Below are positions 12,701-26,948 of a DNA stretch of 64,000 nucleotides, one piece after another. The stretch comes from Tricharina praecox. Its lineage: Eukaryota. The notes beneath the pieces are model-generated. The model ran no database searches. It saw nothing but the letters and a program-made list of their open reading frames with translations, and had not been told where the DNA came from. Position 1 is the stretch's first letter. The number at the start of each line of letters is the position of its first letter. The stretch is from assembly GCF_024521635.1 (NCBI RefSeq), contig NW_026250411.1, positions 248,001-312,000 on the forward strand. Reading direction: 5' to 3'. The position numbers were made by a program, and so were the translations under genes.

Positions 12701-14883
12701 GGGAGGCAGAAGCAGAGGGAGAGGGGGAGGGAAGGGGCGAGGGGGAAGGCGAGGGGCACGTCGCGACTCGCGCGAGGCAAACAGTCCGGGAACTCGCCGA
12801 TTGAGGCATCAAGATCCACGAGACCGTGGATGCTCCGGCTACATCGTCGGGACGCGGAAAAAAGCAGGGGCGGCTGCTGTTTGTGGTTCGAAGAAAGGAG
12901 AGGCGCCTCGTCGACATGAGGGCATATGGATGGTATGTACATGAGTACTTACCCACCGTATGCTGACAGTCATCGATGCAGCCCATGTAGGTATGTAGAG
13001 TACCAGTATGCACTGCGAGTATGTATTTATGATATGTATGGAAAGTGCGTTTCCTTCGTGATCTGGACGGGCGGGCTGGCTGGCCGCGCACGAACGGTGG
13101 GACGGTGAGACGGTGAGACGGTAGGCAAACACGATGTCTCCGCCACCAGCACCACCGCCGCCATCATCATCATCAGCATCATCATCATCGTCCAGACCCC
13201 GAGCCCGTGCATAACGTGCCTCCACATACGTGAAGCATGCGTGCGGATCTCGATGAGGCCTAAAGACTCCACCCACCTCCACCTCCACGTCACTCCTCCG
13301 CGAGGAAACGGCGTGCAAACTTCAAAGTTTATACATGCAGCGGCGGACGTGCGACGTGCGACGTGCGACGTGCGACGTGCGACATACGTTGCCTGCGAAC
13401 GCCGGAGCTTTTTTTATTTTTTCTAGTTTGTATATATTTCCTTTTATGTATGCAGCTGGCGATGCCGCCGACACACAAGAGAGAGAGGAGGGAATGCAAG
13501 GAAGAAAACAGCACTCGGTGACAGCAGCGAGTGATGGCTGGGATAGATGGATGGGATGGGGGGAGGAAATCGCGAAAGAAAACAGTTGGTGGTGGTGGTG
13601 GTGGTGACATGACCGGGACCGGGACCGGGGGGATGGTGGAGACATGGATTTGCTGTCCCGACCGTTGGGGCGACTAGTCAGTCAGTCAGTTACCTACGGC
13701 GTGCGCGGTCAGCGGGGCCGCGGTGGTCGGTGGTCGGTGGTGGTGGTGGTGGTGGTGGTCAAGAACGGCGGGAACGCCAGACGAGACACGAAGCAGCATC
13801 AGCATGCAGTGTGCATGACGGAAGAAAAACTTCGACGGAAGAAAACTCGAACGGAAGAAAACTTCAACGGACGAACGAACGGTGGGCCATGGCCATCTAT
13901 TCTATGCAAGGGGACACGGACACGGACACGGGCGCGGGCATGGAGCGGAGCGGCGAACAAACAGGAGCGGCTTGTTCCGGCGATCCACGGAAAGGGAGCC
14001 CCCCCTCAACATCGCCGGCGGCGGCATCATCATGGCCATCCATGGATCGGAAAGCAGCGGCTTTGGCGGCGTGGTCTGGTCTGGTCATGGTCTCGCATTC
14101 CACCACCCACGCACGTGCTGTGCTGAATCTGAATCGAGGTGACGAGGTGTGCGTTTTTTTTTGCCTGCCTGCCGCTTTCTCTGTTGAGGCCGCAGATTTT
14201 CGAGCCCCCATGGCTCATGGTCCATGGGCCCATGCAGGCTTGATGCAACCTGCCTATGTATGTCGAGTATGCTATGTACCTACAGGCTACAAACTAGCAA
14301 GCAGACACATGTATGTAGGCAAATGTGTTGAAGCCACTCAATCACTCAGCCTAGGCAAGTGTGTAGAGTATGTAGATGGCGTAGGTAGCCTCACCCGGGC
14401 ATGTCAGACACCCCATGCTAGATCAAACGGCCATAATCACACTTTTTACAGATTTCTTTCATGCTTGCTCGCGCTCGCGCTTTCTTTCTTCCGGCGGCCG
14501 CCGGTAGAGTTATTTGCCATAGCATATGAACCTCTCAGTTGTGTCCACTGTCCACTCCGGCCGTCATAGTGCAATGTGATTCCAATCCAACGCAGATTAT
14601 GTCCTCTAGGCAGTGCTGACCTGACCAAAGCACAGTGAAAAGTGCTGAAGCGAAAGCAAGCAAGCACGTTTTCAGAATAGAGCACATAGCGAATGTATGT
14701 AGGCACACATGTATGTAGAAAACGAATCGGCAGGATAGGTAGGCTGGTATGGGCGCGGCGGTCGTTTCATTCCGCCCGGAACCGCCGCGGGCCCGCGGCA
14801 AGAAACGTACGTACATCATACGAGCTCGGAGACCCGGAGGGGGAGGGAGTACACTCGGTAATTTCAATTGTAAGGCTGAGATG

Positions 14884-14940
14884 GTTGTTGGTGGTGGTGG
14901 TGGTGGTGGTGGTGGTGGTGGTGGTGGTGGTGATGATGAT
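14884..14940. repeat. (GGT)n trinucleotide microsatellite
   Basis: About 14 consecutive GGT units, flanked by GTT and GAT variants. Confidence 0.9.
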
Positions 14941-15591
14941 TAATCGAGTGAGCATTGAAGAAGTTTGTCCGTACCACATACATACCACGTACCATGTAAC
15001 TACCATGTACCACGTAATCAGTGACCACCACGCACAACGTACCGTATGTACCACGTCCCCGACTCCCTCCCTCCCGAAAGAGCTCCCGCCTCTGTTCCAG
15101 CTTCGTACCAGTTGGGCGGGAAGGAAGGACTAGACCCGATGTACTCTACCTACTACGGTAGAGTGAAGGGAGGTGGTACATATCGTCAGGAACGCTGCAA
15201 AGGGAGGACGAATCCCTCATTCCCCTTCCCTTTCCCCCTCCTTCCTTCCCTCCCGTCAGATGTTTCTCCCTCCCGTTTGGTTTGAACTTTGAACAGTGAA
15301 CACACGAGACATGAGACGCGCGTACCTACCTACCTCCTACCTCCTACATACTTCCTACCTACCAGGTAGGGTGCCCAGCTCAAAGAAAATCTCTTCATTC
15401 GCTCCGCACCCTCGGGATGATTACTTCCTACCGTAATGTAATGTACACACGGTATCATATTTGCAAGAACTGAGAACTTTGAAGTCGTCCGCTTGCGGCC
15501 TCAGATCTGTGGCCTCATGTCTGTAGCCTGTGGAATGGAATGGGGATTGAATTGAAACTCGTTGACTGGTCTACTTGCTTTGCGTGCTTGC

Positions 15592-15654
15592 GTTGCTTGG
15601 TTGCTTGCGTTGCTTGCGTTGCTTGCGTTGCTTGCGTTGCTTGCGTTGCTTGCG
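15592..15654. repeat. (TTGCTTGCG)n 9-mer tandem repeat
   Basis: About 7 near-perfect units. Confidence 0.9.
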
Positions 15655-16882
15655 GTGGCACATGTGCACCGCATTGTATCGTATATAGTGGTGGACACTG
15701 GGCATGTATGTAAGATGCTCGACGGGCCACGAGGGTTCATGGATTCATGGATGCTTTCTTCGTTCGATTGAACTTTGATCTTTGAAGCACGGAAAGAAAA
15801 ATTGAATTGAAAATTTCATCTACTCGTTCACTCATCCAATTCGCGACACAACGGAAGCGGAGGGAAGGGGGAGCGAAGGGAAGGGGCCCGGAGGGAATCA
15901 TGCGGAGGGGTCTTCGCCGGAATAATTTCCCCCTCGTCTCGTGATTGCGATTCGGGTCCGGATGACGTGCATGCAAACTGGTGGGGTGCGCGGGGGGAGA
16001 AATGCTCGCCGCGGACGCCGGAAAGTTCAAAGAAGCAATCCCTCACTGGTGACTGTGTATGTTGCCAACCTACCAACCTACCATATGTACTCGTTCACGA
16101 TGGTGTGGGATTGGAATTTGCGGTGACCAGGTTGGTCGGTTGGTTGGACGGCGGATGGGTATGTTAGACGTGTAGCATCGGTGTTTTTTTCTTTCTTGTG
16201 GATGGCGATAGGTAGACCATAGGTATCGTACATATTTGGGGATCAACCGTACCTAGGTGCTCTACTCTATTTCGAAAGCCCCCCTCCGGCGAGGCCAGAC
16301 GGACATCATCTACGGTCTACCTAGAGCCTAGAGGTAACCCACCCACTGGCTAACTACAGCTCTCGTACGGATACGCATAAGTATATCTAGCAGTGAAAGT
16401 GGCGAACGTCATCGGACGCCCGGAGGACTCACGATCAACTTCCAAGGAATCGTTGAAAGATTTTTCTTTCGTTGGGACCGATCTGTTCAGTGTTCGCCGC
16501 TGCCGCTGCTGCCCCCGCAGGTTGGATGTGTCCATAGGATTCTGCCATTCTGGCGTGCCGATCTTCACGATGCGACAGACAGACACCACCCACTGCCGAT
16601 GATGAAAGACGAAACCATCCCACGCTGCATTGTATGTACATACAACTGCACAGTGCAAAGTTCAAACTCATCGTCGGATTTAGACTCTGTGCGGTGCCGG
16701 TGCAGGCTAGGTATGTATTCGTGATCGAATCGTTGCAACGGGAGTGGCTGCTGCTGTCTGGCAACTGGCTTTCAAGCAAGCAGCAATTGCATGTATGTAC
16801 GAGTACCATGATATTTTTACATGATGCCTCGCATATTTTGTACGGTAGCGTGGGTGGCCACTGGTATGTAGGAAGAGTTGGA

Positions 16883-17530
16883 TCAACCGCCAAAAAGGCG
16901 ACCAAACAAACCTCCGCCCGCACCACTAGCTCCTCCTGCTCCACCATCCTGCGCACCATCCTCCGCGACGCCGTCGACCCACTCGCCCAGTCTCGTGCGG
17001 TCCAGCATCAGCCTCACATCCGCCAGCCGTTTCTCGTGCACCGGTTCTCCACGACGGAACGAGAGTAGTGTGGGCAGCGAGCGAATCTGTGTAGGTATTC
17101 CGCACCATTCATTCAGCAGCCTGCCACGCACCCCACCCTCCTCCCCTAGGGCCTCTCATGAACCGTCGTGACATACCATATACCTAACCCCCAACTCATC
17201 GACGCCACCACCCTGCGCATCCAGCTCGACCTCAACATACTGCAGATCCTTTGCCTCCATCGAGCCCGCCGAGCCCCCGCGCTCCGCAAAAAGCTTCTCG
17301 AGCTCCCGCTTGACCGTGCGGCAGCTGGGACAGTAGCTGGCGGTCCACAGCGTAATCAGCGGCGCGTTCGCTGTCGTGCTTAGCCGCAGCGCTGTGTGGA
17401 AGTCGCCCGTGTTGCGGATCGGCGTGTACACGCGCACCGGCTGAGGCGTCGGGGGGGAGGTGCTGAATTGCTGTAGCTGCCGGCGCGTGGACGTGAGGAG
17501 GCGGGCGGGGAGGCGGGCGGGGAGGCGCAT
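16883..17530 (-). CDS. Mitochondria-targeted thioredoxin-fold protein (CPSC motif), ~185 aa
   Basis: Exons 17530-17177 and 17086-16883; intron 17176-17087 (GTATGT...CAG). Arg/Ser/Thr-rich, acid-free presequence MRLPARLPARLLTSTRRQLQQFSTS. Trx-like motif LITLWTASYCPSCRTV, then YVEVELD and the cis-Pro segment YMIRSLPTLLSF. Confidence 0.85.
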
Positions 17531-17656
17531 CGAGTGATGTGGGGGGTGTGTGGGGAGAGGGGTGGTGGGGACGGGGAGATGCGAAGGCGAGAGCAATGGA
17601 GCTTGATGGTTGACTGTTGGTTGACTGTTGGTTACGGTGCCTGAGACAAAAAGGGC

Positions 17657-17664
17657 TGACGTCA
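17657..17664. promoter_or_regulatory. CRE/ATF palindrome TGACGTCA upstream of the thioredoxin-fold gene
   Basis: Perfect TGACGTCA ~130 bp upstream of the ATG; a second ATF-like TGACGTGG lies on the minus strand at ~17892-17899. Confidence 0.4.
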
Positions 17665-19705
17665 CGGGCGCTGCGGAATTTACCGGTGCATGGGATCTCA
17701 CTCAGGTCGATTGCTCGAGTTGAAGATTTGCCAATGCTGGATTCTCCCAGCGAGAGATAAATAGAAGTTCTAGATGCCCAGTGTCATCGAGAGGCCAACG
17801 GCGAAGTATGTAGATGCGAACCTCACGGGGTCACGATTCACGAAAGAAGGTCGTGTGTCTCGGCCCGGCCGTCCGAAATACCTAGCCCGTGCCACGTCAA
17901 AGACGGGCAGCGGAGGATTTGAAACGCGGGCAATCAGATGAGAAGAAAAGGGCAAGCTGAGACACGCAGGTTTATGCCACCCGCTCCCCCGAAAATCTAT
18001 AGCTCGTCACGATGACGCTCGAGGATGCGTACCTGTGTGTGTACGATGGTCGGGGCCCCCGTGTTTAACCGCGGGAACATGAAAGTGGTCCTCTGCCAAA
18101 GTAGGCAGTAAGCCGTGTAAGTACATATTTCTAGCATATTTCCGTAGGTGAGACTCCTCGCCACCCCTACGGCCGCGATCTGGAACATGAGACAGTCCGG
18201 ATCATGCTGTATCACTCAGTGTCGCATTGCTTGGTCTCGCTGGGAAAAGATAACCGGCTCGAATAGCTCAATAGGATCTACGAGGATGGCTTAGCATTGG
18301 GGGTCTTTTCTCAATTGGAACTTGGAACTCCCCGTGGGGTTTGATAAGTCAATGGACTGCTCGAGTGCGTGTGTAGGAATCTGCACATATCTTCTCACTC
18401 GGCCGCTCGGGGGCCCACTTCATTCTTGTCTCTTGAATGAAGGCTGAAGCACAACTAGTGTCGCATGGCGCTAGGAGAAGAAACAAATCGCTTTCCAAGT
18501 TGCAACATTCCAAGTGCTTGTAACTAATGTCGATCAAGAGATGACGTTTCCTGAATTTGAGTAGTCGCAGACTCACGGAGGGCTATGCTTGTTTCGCCGA
18601 TTACTATTTCCTGCATATCGGATCGTCTGATTGTTATGCTATGCAGGAGTACCGTTTACGGGGCTAAGGAGATGATCCGATGGAAAATAGATATCGGCGA
18701 CATCACTGGTCTCGCACGCAGAGTTTTCATAGAAGTCGCTATGTACCTACGGCACATATGCACGTGCAAAATGCGGAGCGAGCGATGGAACATGACGCCA
18801 CCATGGCTTCGTGGAAATCACACGAGGAAGACATCATCGTCGGTTGACAGCTTTGCGGCGATCAAAACCGAAGATGGGCTGGGCCGACTGAAGGCGTAGA
18901 ACCGAGGGATTTTTTTAAGCGATCACCATTGTGCCCAAGTATTCACAGACGGCGGTGGAAGTGCATATGTACGAATCTATGCGCCTTTTACTGAGAACGG
19001 AAGATGAGTGACGAAAGAAATGACTGTGGGCCGGTGAAAAGCATTTTATGTATGGTTAGATGAGTATGTTCGCTGGCAAACGTCTCAATTTCTGTATCTG
19101 GCAGGTTGGAAGTGCGGTGACAAGCATAGAATTTGCATTGAGTGGCCGGTGCCTTATATATGCGTTGTGTACAGTACTCGGGTGTGAGGGAAAGTGATGC
19201 ACCACCACCACCGCGAAATGGTGCCTAAAGAGGTGCACCACTTACTCTTGCACCCGTATACATACCGTACATACCTGCGCACATGTCGAGCTTGGAGAGT
19301 GGAGCTTGCCGCGGTGGCGATGAAAGGATATGTAGGAAAAAAGTATCTCTTGCATAGCAGCCGCACCGCCCACCCTCTGCCGAACTCCCGCTTTTCACCA
19401 TTTAAAATCGTAGATCGAAAATAAAAGAAAAAACGAAAATAAAAAACCCGTAAACAGGGGATGACCGAGTGATATTCCGTGGCACGAAGCCAGGTTATGT
19501 CGGGCGATGTCTTGGCACCGCATCATCGTCGCGAAGAATCGGTTCTCGAGATAGCCGAAGCAAGACGTCCAAACCGCAACCTTTTCAATCCACCCGCCTC
19601 TACCACAACCACACGCTCCTCCCGGTACGTGAGCTAATCCGTGTCCGCGTATCCGTCAATCGCTAATCTGTCCCACGCACACGCAGACCTACACCAAACC
19701 TCACG

Positions 19706-20100
19706 ATGGCCGCGACCACATCCGAAATCATCCAGCGCAAGACCCAGCGTCCCGCCTCCGAGGATCTCCTCAGCGAGAAGGTAGCTACCGCCCATCCACC
19801 ACCCACCCTACCCTACCCGCTCCGGCCTACCCTATCCACTGCTGCCTGCTAGATTGGGGCTACCACTAACTCGCCTCTCAACAGTGGGACAAGTGCCTCT
19901 CCAACCTCGTCGTCAAGTCCGCCCTCGGAGCCGGCTTCGGAATCATCTTCTCGATCCTCCTGTTCAAGCGCCGTGCCTGGCCCGTATCGTTCGGTCTCGG
20001 AATCGGAGCTGGTAGGAGTTATGCTGAGTGCGATCAGGAGTTCAAGGGGGCTGCTGGCGGTGTTACAAAGGCCGTCGGCGAGCGGCTGCAGAGGTCGTAG
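19706..20100 (+). CDS. MIC10: MICOS complex subunit MIC10, 96 aa
   Basis: Exons 19706-19780 and 19885-20100; intron GTAGCT...ACTAAC...CAG. Translation ...PASEDLLSEKWDKCLSNLVVKSALGAGFGIIFSILLFKRRAWPVSFGLGIGAGRSYAECD shows two Gly-zipper TM helices joined by the KRR loop. Not in the ORF track. Confidence 0.95.
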
Positions 20101-23100
20101 ATGTGCTGCGGGAAAAAAACATGATCGTCGTCCTTTCTCTTTGAGGCGCGAGCTGGTGTTGGAAAAAGGAGCAGGCGCAATTACGTTACGTGTGTGTACA
20201 GCAAAATTTTAGACTGGAATTGGTTGCGATAAAAAGCAAAGCTACTATGTATTGTAACAAAGGTGGTGCAAAAGATCACTTACGATCTCCCCAAATGAGA
20301 TCGATCATTCAACTCGTACCGAGAGCCCCCTGTGCCTGGAGAACGGACGATAAGAATCGGTTCTGTGCAATTGCGAGGGGGGGGGGGGCGTCTGTCGCGG
20401 CACAAAGTCGGAATTTCTGTCTGATCCGAGTTTTTGGACTGTGTGTGAGAGGCTGAATGCAAACCCATGATCGATCGCCGCTCAAATCGGTCTTGTCTTG
20501 CTTTGCATGCGGTCCATGGGTTTCTGCCCCGTTCGCTCGCCGCCAGTCCAGTCCGCTTTTTTGTTTCCTGGCCACTGCACGTCAACAACTAGTCAACGCA
20601 TATGCATCTACATATAATTGATAGCGACGATACATATACGATCCATCTACCTAGAGATTAGACCGCTACAACCGCCGTCACTCACTGCCGTGTTCTAGAT
20701 GTGAACCGGACTTAACTGCCGGACATCCCGACCAACTATCTACTGAATCCATCAGCGAATCGTCTACAGATGTACGGGCTTTGATGTTGGCTAGGTATGT
20801 ATCTTCCTGCCGAGCACCACGACTCAGACTCGTATGTAGGTTGTCTCATAGTTCGGCTTAGGTATGTACGGTACGGTATGTGGGGCCCTCCATCACCTTG
20901 GTTGGACGGTCACAACTTTTCCTGACGCGTATAAGGTACATACATGATATACATACCAGACGTTCCATACTTGCATACAAAACTAGATTGCATAGCATCA
21001 TGAACAGTCCGGGATACTTTCGACCACAGGCAACAGTAGTCTCGAGTCTCGTCTCCTCGGGCATAAGACGGTCCGGAGACCCTGGATGCGGCCGGGAAGC
21101 ACGGTAGAGTACGTCAACTGCCGAAGCTGCTACCGCGTTACATAAGACCGGCTGCCGGAGAGAGAGAGAATCTCAGAGAGAGGGGGGGGGTTCGCTTCAC
21201 GGAGGATTGAGGGGTCTTGTTACAGCCTTGGAAGCGGACGAGGATCGCCTGGGATACATGGAGTGAGGCACAAGGTCGAAAGCAGGCTCTCTCAGGAAGC
21301 AAGATCTTGTTATGTCCCATTCGGACACGGATAAGCGATGATTTTCTGCCAGCCATGGTACGAGCCGAGCGAGCGATCAGACACCAGGGGAGAAAAGGGG
21401 CTTCGTTCGTCTCTATAATAAGGATCGAACCGTCGGGTTGGGATCGATATCGCACCTGGATATTACCACGGGTGGTGGGAGCACGAACACTGAGCTCAAC
21501 CAGGGTTGGATACATATTGGGTCATCAGGCTGACGATGATGATGTTGATGATGCGGATATAGATTTGTGGGCATCGTGATGTCGAAACTAAGAAGATTGT
21601 AGGATGGCTGTCATGTCGGCCGCGGGATGTTTATCTCTGGAGCTTGTGGTGACGATATGTCGGCCAAGTGTCAAACCCGGATCTAGATATTTACTGGTAT
21701 GTATGTAAGTAAGTACCCCACAAACCCATCAAGTTATCTCCCCCCACCTCTCCCCCGCCTATGGAGCTCGTTACAGAATTGAATGGACGACAGCTAATAA
21801 GTCCACCAGATCGCGGGCGTGACTAGAAGAAATGTATCACTCCGATGAGCAACCGTTTTGAATATCCTCCACCCACCTGGTCACACCATACAACAACACC
21901 CAAGCACCATCATGTGGGTAGATGCTTTGCGGTCCCCCTTATTCCGCGACTTGACGTCGATTGTGAATCGCCAGTGAATACTCAGAAACGGCCAATGCAA
22001 TTGCCTCGGCGGGGTCCAACTGTTTCAAAAGTGTCGCCTCTTGCGGGGTGTATACCCTGTGTATATCGACCTCGGATCTTGGTATCTCAGGCTCAGAGAC
22101 GGCCATGGAAGCTTCCAAGAGAACACATCGTTCACTTACATCATGCTCCGGCAGATGTATTCAACCAAGTGGAGATGATCAGTGACAAGCTAGAGTTAAG
22201 GCTCCCATTACTTCTTGACCTACATCACGACATGGGGAAAGGAATCAGGATACATACCAAAGACAATCATACAAGCAAAGTAGGTCTATCTGTGGAACGA
22301 GATACCTAATTCAAACGAACCAGAGGGCTCCTTTCCCATAGCTACATGGCCGTACTGCACCACGGTACGAGGAATATCCTTCATACCTATGCGGACTCCA
22401 TGAGACTCAGCGAGTGCTGATCGGTGCACATGTACTGATGACCGCCATCCTGTGGCTCCACTCAGTATCAACCTGCCTCGTGCCGGCTTCCGCTTCCTGA
22501 TTTAACCCCGCGTGCCTCCTTGAGGGTGTACAGTCCCTCTTCGAGGCGAGAAGGAATTCACATCTAGCGAATAGGTACAACATACAGTCATAAGTGCACT
22601 TCTTATGATCGAGAACAAGGAAGAAGGGTCAACCCCGCGACACGTCGTCACACATCTCTCGGGTCGGCTGGAGCAGCCCTAGCAGGCCACCGGTAGAGTG
22701 CGTAATGCACATATATGCACTGTAACATTAGAGTGGCTAATACTCTTCATGCTCTGATAAAGACCACCTTTTTTTTTTTTTTTGGGCACCGGAAAACCCT
22801 AGCCCTTTTTCCTTTCCAATCGACTGGTTGCAGCAGTAGTAAGGCAGGTAGGTTGGCATGCTCAGAGCCATAAGTCTATGGAAACACATAAGTCGTTTGC
22901 ACGCAAATGCCGTGGAACTCAGCATCAGGCACGGGCAACCCCGCTTCTCTCGGGGAGGAGAGGGGGTGGGGGATGGAGGAGGGGGGGAGATCTGTGTTGT
23001 TCGGATATTTGCTGACCGGACAGTACGCACGACTTGGCTCCCCCACAGAATTATGCACCTCTTACTTTCGAAAGTGGAGTAGTATGTAAACCGAATACGC

Positions 23101-23604
23101 TGGCGAGTCGGTATGAAGTATCGCTTCGCTTTCAGGGTCACAGCTATTCCCGTACCATCGCACCGCACAGTCATGCACAGTCACTCGAAGCACGATCTGG
23201 ACAATGGAGGACATGCATCATGCGCATGGGTTTTCCTAGTCTCCTAGGTTCGGTTTCTTCGCATCATGTGAGCGCATAACTATTTCGCTGTTCCCCCTCT
23301 TCAAATGGGTCGAATGCGTGCAATGTAGTCTAGATTCCTGGCCTGCCAACCAGCCAGCCACCGCTTGGGGCTTGGGGCTCGCTCGGAGGCGCTGCCGGTC
23401 CTTCAGGACGATTCATCAGATTGGTCGCACGAAAAATAATTCGCATGCTCGAACAACAACACTATTCGTGTTAGGGCAGGCAGGCAGGCGTGCGTGCCCA
23501 CTCACTCCCCTCCCCCCGCCTCCTCCCTCTATGCATCTCGACAAGCATCATGGATGCAATGAAACTAGCTACCTTATGCGGAATGACCGGCGGCGGCGGC
23601 CTCC

Positions 23605-23825
23605 AGGCTTCAGGCTTCAGGCTTCAGGCTTCGGGATTCGGACTGTACTGTACTGTACTGTACTGTACTGTGCTGTGCGTGCTGTGCGTGTCAAACCACC
23701 ATACATAGATAGAGTACTCTACATACACACATTATGTACACACACACATACATATCTACCATACATACCATACATACCATACATACCATACATACCATAC
23801 ATACCCTACCTACCCTACCTTACCT
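23605..23825. repeat. Compound microsatellite block: (CAGGCTT)n, (GTACT)n, (CATACATAC)n
   Basis: Adjacent 7-, 5- and 9-mer tandem arrays. Confidence 0.85.
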
Positions 23826-26800
23826 ACCGTACTCTATGCATGTGTGTATCTATGTATGTATGTAGAGTATGCATGCCGATTTCGATCAGGATGATGTCGT
23901 GCATATGGAATTGCAGCCTATGATGGGCTATCTTAAAATAGCCCACCTACCCAGATAGTTAGATCATAGATGCAAGACAAAGTGGGGAGCCGCGAGCACT
24001 CGAAACGCGCGGCTCCCATTCGAGACCCGTTCCCTCACGGGCCCACCGGCTAGGAGAGAGAGAGAGAGGGAGAGAGAGAGAGAGACTGCGGAGAAGCGCT
24101 TCGCGTCGTTTGAGAGAGAGCCTCTTAAATAGCTGGGCGTGTCCGGAGCTTACATACATACATAAAATCTAGCTATCATGTGAGAGGGGGGGCGGGCGTG
24201 TGTGGCCGCTCGCCGCTGGCGCGCTCAGCTGGAGGGGGGGGCTCGGTTGGAAGCGACGAACGTTGGGTGCGTGTGTATGGGACTCACTCACTCACTTGTG
24301 GGGTGGTTGGAGCCTACCTCAACAGGGCTGGCGCGAGCCGCCGAGAGACGGGATATTTATGCAGCCCATCCTAGTTTCATCAAGTCCCCGACTCCCCGTA
24401 GCGGACCTAGCGGTGAATTCTTTGTGTTGCCCTGCTATTATTAGCAACCGGCGGCACGTCTTCGACTTTGCGGGGAGTCGATGGCTGGATTAGACGCGGT
24501 GAACACTGTTCACTGTCCACTGTCCACTGCCTAGCCCGGAGGACGTCTAGGGTTGCGTGGGTTGATTATGTTGGGGGGGATGGGGATCGTCGCAGTGGTA
24601 AATTCGAAACACCCTACTCAGGCACAGTAAGTACTCTCAAACCGAAGCTCGCTATTAATGAGTGGGTGAGTGACTTCTCATACCGCGGGTAAGGAGGAGG
24701 AGGTAGGAGGAGGACGCGGACGTGGACGAGGACGAGGCCGGACCGGACTGGGGCGGGACCTGGACTGGTGAAGGGCCTGATGGAACGATTGAAGGTCGCA
24801 AGGAATCAAGCCTTCCTTTCTTCCTTCCTTCCTTTCTTCCTTTCTTTCTTCCTTCCTTTATTTCCTTTCTTCCCGACGGAGGAGGTTCGGTAGCTCTTGG
24901 ACAACCCCTGTTGACGATCCACAACAGGACAATGTTTGGTATTGCGTACTATATCTGGTAGCACGGCGGTCCTACTACATACACAACTCGGGGTGTAGCA
25001 GTTTCAGGTGTTTAAATAACGTATCTATAGGGTGTATAGGAAGTTGGGAACGGCAGAAGATACCGCACCAGCCACATGCGTATAGCAGGTAGGCAGAGGC
25101 AGGCTTCTGTGGGCGAGCCCCCACCGCCCCCCACCCACATGCACAGCGGCTCAGACAGTGGGGCGAGGGGAGGGATCATCTATTGGGGGAAGGTGTAGGG
25201 TCCGCAAACGTGTACACTTGGGTCACACCCATATCCACTTCCACTTCCAGCCACAGTTTCGGCTGGCTGGTTGGGCTGGCTGGACGATGATGGGGCCATG
25301 TTTCTGAGACGCATGAGGGAATGGGTATTTTGATGGTGCGGCTATCCAGCCGCATTCCATCATTTATTATCTATTTCTTCCTTTATGTTTTTCCTTTCTT
25401 TTTCCTTCTTTTTCCTTCTTCTTCTTCTTTTTTCCCGTTTTCTCTGGACTTTTTATTTATTTTTATTATCCTAACAGTCTCTCGTTCGTTGTGTCCACTG
25501 TTGCAGGCATGTCCCTATATCATCGAACCGAACGAGTTTTTCCTAGCCAGACCAGGCGCCAGGCATGCATAATTTGAGGCCCTGGGGCCTTAGGTAGAGT
25601 GGGTTAAGCACGTATGTAGCTCGAGTGAGAAGCCGCATAATGCATGCGGGAGGCAATACCGTACTTACTCGGTGGTGGCAGTTGACGAAACACCGCCAGG
25701 AGCCGTTGGTGGGCGGGCGGGGCGGGAACAAAGAAGAAGAAGGAGGAGAAAGAGGAATTAATGATTTCTCTTGCTGGATTTTTTTTACTTCATTCCTTTT
25801 TTATTTCCTTTATCTTTTTATTATGCCCATATTTGTTTTTGGCTTTTTTTCTTCCTTCTTCATTACTTGCTTGGGTCCGGCGTGCGTGCGTGAGTGCGTG
25901 CTCGCGGACAATTCAGCGTCGTCGATCCTGTACATATTCTATCTGCAAGTCATGATACAGCAAGATCTTGGAGTGCGGCGAATCACAGGCCAAGCAATAG
26001 TGAATTTGATGGGCTCGGAGCGCCATGCATATCATCCCGCATAGTCTGGAGAGAGGGAGGGAGGAAGGGAGGGGAAGGGTTGTCTGTCTGGCGGGGGGGA
26101 GGGTTTGAATGGTTGTGGTTGGCGGCGGAAGAGAGGTGGAGGAGCTCGTAGGTAGGGCGGCCGAGGGTCCAGGGGGGGTGGGGGGGATAGTTGAGCATGA
26201 GATCGATAGGGTGCTATCGTTATGGCTTCTGGCAGTGGGCTTGTCTCCATGCCGTACATAACGCCCCACTCCACTCTATGTACATACTCCACTCCGCTCC
26301 ACTCCGCTCCACTCCTGCTACCCTACTCTGCTCCGCTCCGCTCGCCTTCTACCGACGTCGGTTTGGCCGGCCGGCCGTTTGGTCCCGGGTCACGTCGCCG
26401 CCGCCCCATCGAATATCTCCCGAAGCCAGGACTGCCTGCCTCCTCTCCCACGATCCAGTTATTTCCCGTTAATGTGGTCCTTTTTTGGATCTGCGTCTAT
26501 TCGATCCTGAAACAGTTGACACGCACCGCTTCAAGTCGGCTCCTGTGTTGGTGCTGACCGCATGCATAATAGATGGTTTTTTTGAATTTTTTTATGCCCT
26601 CACACCCGACGCTACCTAGGAAGGTATTCCATTCCACTCTACCCAACTCTCGTACATACCTCTGACTTACCTACTTGCACTCGGCCACCTCGTAAGGGAG
26701 TAAGTAATGGATGTATGTACCTAACTGACTGCTCCCTCCCCCCCATCCCCGAGCATTCGCTATTTCTCTGCCCACCTCGCGTTTCACTCTGCTCTCACAC

Positions 26801-26887
26801 ACTGCATCCATGGACCACAGTTGATGCCCCGTTCGATCGTAAAGGACCGGGGGGGAGGGGGAGGGCGTGTCCACTGTCCGGGTCAAC

Positions 26888-26948
26888 AAAAAAAAAGAAA
26901 AAGAAAAAGAAAAAGAAAAAGAAAAAGAAAAAGAAAAAAGAAAAAAAG
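26888..26948. repeat. (AAAAAG)n hexamer microsatellite
   Basis: About 9 units; produces the spurious poly-Lys ORFs. Confidence 0.9.

Noticed and set aside
9891..16800. Dozens of 60-280 aa ORFs in repeat-rich intergenic DNA
   Set aside because: Translations mirror microsatellites (poly-V, poly-G, ASN/ATQ repeats); no coherent gene structure.
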